This document shows positions 40,963 through 51,995 of a DNA stretch of 64,000 nt, one piece after another (position 1 is the stretch's first letter; each line of letters opens with the position of its first letter). A model generated the notes under the pieces. It ran no database searches and was not told the DNA's origin. It was given only the letters and a program-made list of their open reading frames with translations. Origin of the DNA: the human T2T-CHM13v2.0 reference genome, Homo sapiens; assembly GCF_009914755.1 (NCBI RefSeq), contig NC_060930.1; one strand, 5' to 3'. Both the position numbers and the translations under genes were made by a program.

Positions 40963-43900
40963 CTGGAGTGGGGGTTAGGGAAGGCTTCATAGACTTGAGA
41001 TGAGTCTTGATGAATGATGGTTACTGAAGCAAAGGGAAGAGACAGTCAACAGGCAGAGGAACACTCCGGTGATACGGAGGAGATGATGGGTTGAGGAACA
41101 ACACGCAGTCTGGTCCTGGGCCCTGGAACTACAGGACAAGTGGGGAGGGCAGGAAGATGTGGCCAGGAGGCAGGCAGGGCCAGGTCAGCTATGTTACACT
41201 ATAATTAGATTTTCCCGTAAGTGGCAAAACCATGTTTGAACCTCCGAAGGGTGGTGCCACCTCATCGTGGGGGAATTCAGAACATGCCCTGGGACGGCAG
41301 AGGGTCTGCCTCAAGAAGGACCAGCCCCAGCTGCAAAGAACTACAAAAGAAAACCACAGAAAGCAGAGAACAAGTACATTTGTAAAACATTAATTTTCTG
41401 AAAACTCCCTGCCTCTTCTCCATTTCCTTCTCATACTGACCGCTGTAACTTACAACAGAGCCAGACCTTGTTCCCCAGGTGCTGACATCAATGGGCTTCT
41501 CACCTGAGCGAGGCCCTCACAGCTGATCCTAAGGGCTTAATTAGGATCATGAGCCAGGCAGCGTCCCTCACAACCTGGAGAAGGAACAGCCTTAACTGTG
41601 ACAATCTTGTCCTTCCGAGGACATGTGGGCAGTCAAGCCCCACAAAGAAGAAGGAACGGTTCAGCAGCATTTCAGAAATCTATCTGAGTGACAAGAAGTG
41701 TACAATTAAGATCAACTAATTCGCCAGGAACAGTGGCAGCGGGTGGCCCACCTGTGAATGTACTAAACTGAGAAGCACCAAGAGATTCAGAGGAGGGAGG
41801 AGCAGAAAAAGACAAAGACCCCACTCACTCCATGTGCCTGGCTGCCAGCCCATCTGTCGCCCCTCCAGGTGACCAGAGTCTTCACCTCTTCCAAAGAAGG
41901 GATCCTGCAGTTCCCATGGTGCACTGCAAGGACGCTCTCTCATGATCTAATCTGCACTAGAACCACGTGAATGTGAGGCTCTGACGTTCCTAACACATGA
42001 GATGACTCTGGAAGCCAGGACCTGCCGTGGGAAAGGCTGAACACTGCCCCAGAGCAGATGGGCGGTGACCCACCACAGTGAGCTCCAGTGACCCAGATGT
42101 GGTTGGAGTCCCCTGTTCTTCCACTTGCCCGTGCAATTCCATTTTCATAAACACGATTCGGCATCTCTTAGAGGTAAAGTATGCACATTTCACTCAAAGA
42201 ACAAACTGCCTTTGGAGACGTGGAGGCTGCGCTGTGTTGCAAAGGCCAGGTTCTCAGGTTTGTTTGCAGCCTCATAAATAATTATTTTAATGACACAAAT
42301 TGGTAACAACTTTGTTTGTCTATTAGTGTACCTCAGACTTTGCAGTCACCTGTGCTACACCTGGAGTGGTGTCCAGGACAGTGGTCCTGTTCCCTTCTTG
42401 AGAAGGACCATCTCAGGCCCTGCAATCGTAGCTTTAGATTCTGCCTGTCCCTTTCATATAGAGAGTGGGAATAAACATGCATGTCATTTCGCCACGTTTT
42501 AGAGTTGTAAAAGGGTTTTGTAAGTAAAGCCATACAAAGAACATGGAGATAACCCACCACTAGGCTCCTTTTGTCACTCACACTTGCTGCTAATGTACTT
42601 TCCTCCTTCATTCATTCTGAAGAAAAGTTATGCACAGGAGAGATGGTAGACCAGCTCAAAGCCTCATAACTGAGTTCAAAAAATTGTTTTAGCAGTGCAG
42701 CTAAAGGAACATGGAGAGTGATCTGATGCCCCCTTTTAAGAACACAGGTAAGAACCTATACATTTGAATGTTCAGGAACTGTCCAATTTGCAGATTTATT
42801 CCAAAGATTGCACTGTGCCTTGCTCTTTGCTCTGGAAATCTTGGCCTTAGGCCAAAAGCACTAAGCTGTGACCTGGCCCTCCATGGGTCCTCCCATCTCC
42901 CTGCTTCCATCCCGTCAGTCCCCCCAGTAATCAGCTATGGGACAGCCAGGGCCGACAGCCGCCTCCCCTTGTTCTCAAATCCTTTGCGAGTCTCCACTGG
43001 GGGCTGGTACCATGGTAGAGAGGGTGCAGCTTCTCAGGTCACAAAGATGAATGGATGGAAGGATGAGCTGCAGGAGTAGCCAAGTCATGGAAAGTGCAGC
43101 TTCCAGCATTTTCTTTTCCCACACGTTTTTCAAGGCTGCCGTACACACGCCCAAACATATTCACACTCGTTCACCAAGGAGGGAGTAAACTCAACTGCAG
43201 CCGTGCCACGTACAACAGTATGTTGTATCCTAACAGAGAAACTCTGTATACGTTTGGGAACTGGCTCAAGTTCTCAGGCTCCGGGCCAGCAAAAACTGTG
43301 GGTGTTGTTGGCTGCGGTCCTTGAACAATACCCACAGCCAGATGATCAGGCTCACACAATGGCAGCAGCTCTGGAGGGATCTGCTGGTGCTCCTTCAAAG
43401 AGAGAGGAGCCTGGGGATCAGGAAGGAAACAAAGGAGGAGCACGTGGGACACCCATGCAAATTACAAACCCAACCGGCAACACTGGTGCCCAACCCAGTA
43501 CGGTAGGATATACTCAGCTGAGATAACATCAGCAAAAATGCGCAGCAGGAATAATAGGGACCTAGATGTTGCTGCAGCCTTGTTTTTATTTTTATTTTTT
43601 TGGTATGGAGGCTCTTCCAAGAAGAGTTTACACAAAGTTCACACACATGATCCCATCTGTCACCACTGAAACTCTGTAGAGAGGTTTCAGTTCTTCTCAT
43701 CACACTTGCAAATACACCAATGTGTTGACCATTAAAATGAAAAGAAAAATCAGAGTCACCAACAGCAAAAAATAAATAAATAAAATAAAATCTGTCAGTT
43801 AAGTTTTGTGAGCAGGTTTCACTTCACAGGAACTATCTCTTTTTGTGGATGTATGAGAAGATTGAGAAATCAAACACAAAAAGAGATGCAAAAACAAACA

Positions 43901-46706
43901 GGCAAGCAAAACCATCTTCCCTGTTTCAGACTTGATCATTTTGTGCCTTTTGATCAAGGTGGGGAAAGGCGTACTTAGACAAATAGCAAACTGACTCCAT
44001 CGACAGTCCATGATGGACCATTACGGTGTCTACCAGGGCTCCCCTCATTCACAGGATAATTTGTACCACACTGCCTTCCACATCTTCCCCTGTTGTGTCC
44101 TCCCAGGAGTCATCCACTCTTCACTGCAGACCCTGCTGTCCCTGTTTGCCATGTCTCAAAGCACGAGCCCTGTTCCCACACAGGGTGCTTCTTGTGGTAC
44201 CACCCGCCCCCAGCACGGCACGCACACCCAGGGGACACCTGGGGACCAGCATGGAATGGGTGAAGCCTGGATGGGGCAGGGCTCACTGTACCTGTTTACT
44301 GGGGTTTGAATCCAGGTTGTCTCTACTCCTGAGACAGGTGAGGTTAAGACCAGGTAGAGATCATCTCAGCTGGAACAGCTGGCTAGATTGCTTAAATCCC
44401 TCCGAAAGGAGCACAGCCTTCCAGCGTGGCCTTCATGCCACTGCAGACTGCTCCAGCTGCCTACAAATGCCACCCAGATGCCAGGGTCCCACTGGTGACT
44501 TCTGAGACAGTACCCAAAGGACGTGGGGCTCAGGAGTTCTTGTACAGTTTTCTAAGATACAGCCTTTAAAGCTAACGTTAGTGGTTTAGACTTCAGTAAG
44601 CTCCCCATAGCACCTAGCTCGGTGCCTGATGCAGAGCAGGTCTTCACAAAATACTGCAGTGGGAAGGCAAATTTCATGAATTCAAAATGTTATTCAAATA
44701 ATTTGTGGTAACAGAATTGTGGTATGTCAAATATAATTGACAATAAATCAAGCTTCAGCTGGAAAATTATTCATACTACATAGCTTTTGGTTATAATTCT
44801 TTTGATTTTTATGGCTATGATAATTAGATAAAAGATAATTTTGATAAAAGGCAGAATATGAATCTATTTTTAAAAAAAGATGCCATGACTTTAAAAATAT
44901 TACCATCATCTGTGTGCTATTAAATAAAGCAAGCAATGGGAATTTTTAAATTTGCATTCAAAACGTAACTTTCTCTCCTCCAAAAAGAGCTAAGATTGCT
45001 TTTAATAATAGCAGAAGTGTAAGAGAAGGAAAAATGGATTTGCCCAAAATCTAAGCAGCCACAGTTCCTGTTGTGAGTGGTCAGTGGGGACAGTGACATG
45101 CACATCCAACAACTTGGGGGAAAAGAAAATGTGTGTTCTCTGCGAAGGGCGGCCACACTCCTAATGCATAGCTCTCACAGCACCAGTGACAGTAGCACAT
45201 CCCAGGAACATGCAGAGGGAGTGCTGACATGGGGAAGCCAGTTCCAGAAATGCACATTCCAGGAGTGCTTGGCTTTGCAGTGCGGGAAAAAGATGATCTG
45301 AGAGGCAAAAGCAAGTCACCAGAAAAATGTTCTCAATGGGGCGACATGAATATTTCAGTGATGTTACTTTGGTGTAGATAAAATGTCCTTCAAGATAATG
45401 ATTTCCCTTTGCCTTAATCCTATGCTTACTAAGCCAGCTTCTGATGATGACGGTTTTGGCTTCCTAGATATCTCAGTATCAGGACACAGGTTTCCATGGG
45501 TCATGGACAGAAACATTCGGGTTGCTAGAATGAGATTATTGCCATTGTAAGTCAATCCATTTGTGTTCTGATGAATACATATTATTGAGGTTAATCAATA
45601 AAGTCCATTTCTGATCCTTCATAGCTAAGGATAAGAATTGAACCAAAGTCAGTCACTGTCCCTTCCTCCCTAGCCTGCCAATACTATCTTATTGACACCC
45701 CAGGGCTTCAGTGTTAACATTTTCTCCTCAATAAATCTTCACAGTCTGTGACTAAATCAGCACATTTTGCTAGGAGCTTCCAAGTAGCCAAGACAAAAAA
45801 GGAAACTTGGAGAGTAATTTTCATTGCTTGATAAAAGGATCCTTTGTGAACTAATATTAGGAGATACTAAATTCTATTTTAATTTACCATTCAGACTTTA
45901 GGGAGAAAAAGGCTTATGAATAACAGATTTACGTGGTTTCATTCAAAGAAAAGCGGATTTTTCAAAAGATTTTAAAAAAAGGAACACTATCCTTAGCCTT
46001 CATCCCAAGCCCATCCCTATCAGCATTCCATTAACAAAAGCAGGCACAGTCTTGTATTATGAAAGAAACAATAAGTGATTTTGAATTTACTTAAGCTTTT
46101 AGACAATGTTCACCCAGTAAGCCTGTCTAAGAATGCTAGCATACAAAAATTATAATCCAAAAGTTTGTTTTTAAGTCGATTGCTTAAAACACAGGGACTA
46201 TTTTCCCATAGAAACAGTCTCAAAATTATGGAAATTCCTGGGGAAAGCCCAGAAAACCCTATTTGACCCTCAAAGTAGCTGGAATGGTGCTAACAGTGAT
46301 CCTGATCAGACTCCAAGTTTTGGTACCTGGTCCTTGAGCCAGAGTCCAGCTGCTGCGGCTCCCCCAGTCCCGCCCTGGTCCCCAGGGGATGGGTGGCGGG
46401 CAGCTTGGTCCTCTCCTCTGCTCAGAACCACGGGCTGAGCCTGCTCAGACTCTAGTTCGGGGCCCTGCACAGAGCAGGGTTTGCAGCTCACTCAGGGGCG
46501 CTCAGAAGGCCTGCTTCCCTCTTCCACCTTCTGAGAGTCCAGCGTCTCTATCCCTCAGAGGCCTCACCTCAAGGTGTTGAGAAACCGCAGTTTTCATTTC
46601 ACTGAATTTTGGTTAACTTAACTACGGCAGCCCCACGTGTCAGGTGGCTACCAATTGTGTGAGGACATTTTCATTGCTTTTCACCCTGGAACTGGACATG
46701 CTTGCA

Positions 46707-46930
46707 CTGTGTGTGTGTGAGTGTGTGACAGTGTGTGTGCATGTGTGAGCATGTGTTGTGTGTGTGCGCATGTTTGGGTATATGTGAGCGTGTGTGTGTA
46801 AGCGTATGTGAGCATGTGTGTGAGTGTGTGAGACTGTGCGTGTGTGTATGAGTGTATGTGTGAGTGTGTGTGGGAGACTGAGTGTGTGAAAGTGTATGTG
46901 TGTGTGAGATTGTGTTTATGTGTGTGTGTC
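46707..46930 (+). repeat. (TG/TGAG)-rich low-complexity array
   Basis: Directly visible. Confidence 0.85.
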
Positions 46931-47794
46931 TGCAGCTTCCTGGGTGCTCTTTTCCTTTAGGGGATCTTGAATACACAGCTCAGCAGCCCTTCCCTATGAT
47001 CAAGGCTGAACACAAAGGGGCAGAGTTTGCTCTTTAACCTCCTGCAGATAAGAGAAGATTCCCCTGTGCTGTTAGACTATCGCCATGTGCGTCTCATAGG
47101 ACTCAACCCATCTGCCCCGCCCCAGATTTTTAAAAACTCAACACAAACCAACCCTCTTGACTTCTGCCTCCTTGCCAGCTATCCTTCCATTTCTCTGTTC
47201 TTTAAAACAGAACTTTCTGGAAGAACTGTCTGCACGTGCTGGCTCCACTCCTGCCCTCGCATTGGAAGCCCCGGGAGCTGGGCTGTCAGGCACCTCCGGC
47301 GGCCACACTGCAGAGCCCCGGTCAGGTCACCACGGACTCCACCTGCTTAACTCATGCCGTCCGTCCAGCATTTCTCACAGCTGCTCACTGACTCCTGGAG
47401 AGGCTTCCTGGCTTGGTTTCTGGCCGTCACACCGGGCCTCCCCCATCCCTCTCAGCCTCACTGTGCCCTGTTTGCTGAGGCTGCCCTCCCAAGGTGATCT
47501 CCTCCAGGAGGACCCGTTCATGCATCTTCCCAGGACCCACATTTGCATCTTCATCTCCTGTCAGTGCCCTCTGCACCAGAACCCTGCATTTCATGTCCGC
47601 TCAGGGACTTCTGGACGGATATTTATCAGGCTCCGCACTCTCAGCACATCCCCAAACACGGTTCTCAGTGCCTCCACCCCCACGCCTGCATCGTCCGTGC
47701 TCCTCCCCATCAGAACAAATAGGCCCAGGGCAAAAACACAAAGCAAAATGAAACCAACCCAGGAATGCCTCCTTGCATCCAATCGACCCGGCCG

Positions 47795-48810
47795 ACCCAC
47801 TCTCCCTCTCCATGCTCCTGCGCTCTCCTCACCACTCTCTACCCCCATGCTGCGGCGCTCTGCCCCCACTCTCCACCCCTATGCTGCCACGCTCACCACC
47901 CCACTCTCCACCCACATGCTGCCGCGCTCTCCCCACACTCTCCACCCCCATGCTGCCACGCTCACCCCCACTCTCCACCGCCATGCTGCCACGCTCACCC
48001 CCCACTCTCCACCGCCATGCTGCCACGCTCACCCCCCACTCTCCACCCCCATGCTGCCACGCTCACGCCCCACTCTCCACCGCCATGCTGCCACGCTCAC
48101 CCCCCACTCTCCACCCCCATGCTGCCACGCTCACCCCCCACTCTCCACCGCCATGCTTCCGCGCTCTTCCTCCCACTCTCCACCCACATGCTGCCGTGCT
48201 CTCCCCACACTTTCCGCCTCCATGCTCCCACGCTCTGTCCCCACTCTCCACCTCCATGCTCCTGCACTCTCCCCACCACTCTCCTGCCCCATGCTGCCCT
48301 GCTCTGCCCCCACCCTCTACCCCATGCTCCCGTGCTCTCTCCCCACTCTCCATCCCCATGCTGCCACGCTGTCCTCCCACTCTCCCCACCATGCTGCGGC
48401 GCTCTCCCCCCACTCCACCGCTATGCTGCGGTGCTCTCTCCCCAACCCCAATGCTGCCGCGCTCTCCCGGTACCCTCCACCACCATGCTGCCGCGCTCCC
48501 TCCACTCTCCACCCCCATGTTGTCATGCTCCCTCCCACTCCCCACTCCCATGCTTTTGGGCTCCCTCCACTCTCCACCCCCATGCTCCCGCGCTCCCCCC
48601 AACTCTCCACCCCCATGCTGCTTCGCTCTCCCTCCCCTCCACTCTCTATCCCCATGCAGCCGCGCTCTCCCCCACACTCTCCACCTCCATGCTGCCTCTC
48701 TCCCCCGCCACTCTCCACCCCAATGCTGCGGCTCTCCCCCGCCTCCACTCTCCACCCCCATGCTGCGGCACTGTCCCCCCACTCTCTACCCCCATGCTGC
48801 CAGGCTCTCC
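47795..48810 (+). repeat. C-rich 33-34 bp minisatellite (VNTR-like), roughly 30 copies
   Basis: Unit approximately catgctgccacgctcacccccactctccacc(c/g)c. catg anchors at 47949, 47982 and 48016. Homogeneous core at 47940-48155 with diverged flanking copies. Confidence 0.95.
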
Positions 48811-48829
48811 CTCTGCGAGCCGCAACCAT

Positions 48830-49410
48830 GGCTCTTTCCTTCCCGGCATCTCTGCTTCCAGCCTCGCTGTCCTGCGGTCCCTTTCACAGAAGACTGAGTG
48901 GTCTTTGAAAACTACCTGTTGCATTGCTTCACTCTTTTGCTTCAAATTTTCCAGAGCTTTCCCACTACTTAAAGATCAAGACCTATCACCTCTAAGGACT
49001 GTAAGAACTTGCCCCTTCCAATCCCTGTGACGGCCTCACCTCTGCTTTCTCCTTGCTGGCTGCATTTAGGCCATCTCACAGTTTTGCTCAGCCCTGAACA
49101 TACCAACTCAGACCTGCCTCAGTGCCTTGACGCCTGCTCTTCTCTCCACTGGACGCTCACTCGAATCTTCACGTGCAGGCTCCTATTTCTAACAGCGCCG
49201 CCACTCTGAGAGATGCCACTTATGCTCTAAGCCCACGCAGCACTGACCACTCTCTGAAGCTACAGCGAATGTTTGCTTCCTGAGTGCTTCTTCCTCAAGT
49301 AGAATATGAACCCCTGGACACAAGGACTGTATCTTGGTCCTAATTGCATTACTAGGACAAAGCTACACATAGCAGGGGCAAAAACATATTTGTAGAAGAA
49401 TGAACCCACT
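48830..49410 (+). mobile_element. L2 fragment (further L2 remnants at ~47000-47780)
   Basis: Ends agaatatgaacccctggacacaaggactgtatctt...cacatagcaggggcaaaaacatatttgtagaagaatgaa. Confidence 0.55.
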
Positions 49411-50080
49411 TCACCCCTTGCGTAGCGCTCTCACCTAAACGGAGCCCTCCACTGGCCAAGTGCAAAGTCCTTTTAGTTTTTGTGAATATATAAAAACAGA
49501 CAACTAAGATGTTACGATGTTTTCCTGTTATAGACACACCTAAATACGCAAACTGATCCCTTTTAAAGAGGGTCGTCACTTTCTCTACCTTAGAAACAGA
49601 GAAAAGCACTTTTCGTTTTGTATTTTAGAAAATTTGCTTCCAAAGTTCCAATAATCCCATTTCATAACGTTTTTGAATAAATCAGGAGCTTTTGGTGGGG
49701 TTCTTAAGTTTAGCAATAAAAGTCATCAGATAAAAATAATGTAAATTATTTTCTCATTGAATGTGCCCTTGCTTGTGAGTAAGGGTGTTACCGTCATTGT
49801 AATGTTAAATGACTAATTTGGCTGCTGTATTAATCAAGAAAGTACCCAACTTAACTTCAAAAAATAAAAGGGGAAAGACATACAAAGTGCTTAGAAAAAT
49901 CACTTAAAACCATGTCTGCATTCCTGGGCCCTGATCAAAAATACCCATGTCTTTCCTAATCATAGGCAATTTTCTCAACTGCTTTGCCCATGAGGTCCCG
50001 GCTAAGAGCCGTAAGAGAATGCCAGGAAGGGCAGACCATCCCCGTGGGAGGCGGAACGGCAGAGCGGGTTTCCTTTTTAC

Positions 50081-50215
50081 CTGGCGCACTGCAGGGGTCC
50101 AGGGTGCCTTCTGCTGGGTCATCGCTCATCTGCGCCCGGGGGTCTGTCCCGCTCCTCAAAGCCAACAAAGCGGGTCCTTTGCTCCCACCTTTAAGCATGA
50201 AGGGGAGGCGGCTGG
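50081..50215 (-). CDS. PDE10A: Alternative upstream PDE10A coding exon (135 nt, phase 1/1), PDE10A3/PDE10A11-like N-terminus
   Basis: Acceptor tccctgttgttctctccAG| at 50216/50215 and donor CCAG|GTAAAA at 50081/50080, the same phase (1) as the PDE10A2 exon. Encodes (A)SRLPFMLKGGSKGPALLALRSGTDPRAQMSDDPAEGTLDPCSAP(G), resembling rodent ...KGGSKGPALLALR...QMSNDS.EG.VGSCNATG as I recall it. In-frame ATGs at 50198 and 50129. Confidence 0.75.
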
Positions 50216-51672
50216 CTGGAGAGAACAACAGGGATATGACGTTAGCAGTAAGTTCTACTAAATACACCGTTAGAGTTGGGAGCAGGGCTCTTCTGAAAAC
50301 CTCATCTTGGATGGGTAATTTACAGAGGTAAGTGCCTGGGGCTCCCATTGGCCCTTCAAGTTGGGCACTGTGGCACCATTACAGATGGTATGATTCAGCG
50401 TGCTAAAGGCAGCTGTGGTCTGGATGCCGTGCTGCACGTGCAAACACAGGTCCTAATGCTTGATTCAGAGCCACGGAGACCAGAAATTCATGTTAGCTAG
50501 AACACCCTGCTTCTGGTCTTGTCTGGTGGACTCTGCGAGTTAGCTGTCTGGAGAGGGCCTTAAGTCACTCTCCATTTGGAGGTTTTCTTGAGGGGATTTT
50601 AGTTCAGTTAGTTCAGCCTGCGCTTTCTAGATCCTCCAGCCAGGCCCAAACGCTGAGGAATGTGAGTGTGTGTCTTGGTAGGGTCAATGAGATGAAGGTA
50701 AGAGAAGAAACGAAGATGAAAAGTGAGACTCAGGAAGCCCCTTTAATACCTGCTGAGCTACGTTCAGCTCAGGCACAAGCCTGTTCAGAACAACCCAGGA
50801 ACTGTGCTAATTCACTCGTCAGACCAGCGAACCTCAAATGCATTTTTGTGGCAGTCATGCCTGTGTTACATTGTCTGTACCTTAGTGTAAAATGCTTTAG
50901 CATAAACAGCGGGATGTAGGAGTGTGTTGGTTGGTTTTATTCTGCATCCTAGGGGTGATTGGTGACTGGGGCAACCTGATCAGTGACATACTTCACAAGT
51001 GTTTAATATTTGAAAGAAACATCCAACTCTTGGACCCCACAGGTGGCCACTGTGAATTCCTCACTGGTCTTTATTGCTGATGGGCCCTGGAAGGTTTGTA
51101 ACAAGCAGAATGGATGTCCGTGTGGTTTTTCAGTGGTGAAGTGAGTGGACATCAAGGAAGGGGCACGGGCTGGAGGGTTCTGGGCTCCACCGCAGTGGTG
51201 TGGAGGAGGAAAAGGGTTCTACGATGCTTTCCAGCACTGGGAGCTGTGCCTGGAGGGGTGTGACATCAGTGGGACTCAGAGGTTAATTGGACACTGCTAC
51301 CAGGATGATCCTGACTTGCCTTGAAGGACCGTTTCATGAAAAGTGATTAGCCGAATGCCCGAAGAGTAGGCTACTCATCAAATCTACAACACGTGATGTG
51401 CGGCTTGCTGCCTGCTCCCCTCTTGATGTGTGCATGTGCTGTGGGGCTCGTCTGAGACTTCCTTCAACTATAAGGTACCCCTGGGAGGCAGGTTACAGGA
51501 ACAGGGCTCTGTGCTGTTTGCTCAGCTCTAACTGCTGGGCCCCTGGCATCTTCCATTAAGAACTTGTTGGTTGTGAAACACCAAAGCGGCCTGGATCAGT
51601 TTGCAAATTCAGCTTTTCTGCTGTTGAAAGTAATTTGTTACAATAAACATGAACTAAAATGCCAAAGCATGA

Positions 51673-51995
<323 letters not shown>

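Noticed and set aside
47795-48810. Regular ~33-bp repeats suggesting a CRISPR array (also 18975-19240 and 27340-27453)
   Set aside because: Head-to-tail units without unique spacers, no cas genes, mammalian context.
47157-49030. 583, 421 and 374-aa Pro/His-rich ORFs
   Set aside because: Produced by a stop-free minisatellite open in all three plus frames; no splice or homology support.
50325-50333. Perfect plus-strand donor GAG|GTAAGT suggesting an antisense exon
   Set aside because: Such 8-mers arise about once per window per strand by chance (another is near 60467), and there is no other support.
50463-50483. REST/RE1-like sequence ttcagagccacggagacc near the distal exon
   Set aside because: Four mismatches to the TTCAGCACCACGGACAG core, including the critical CAC.
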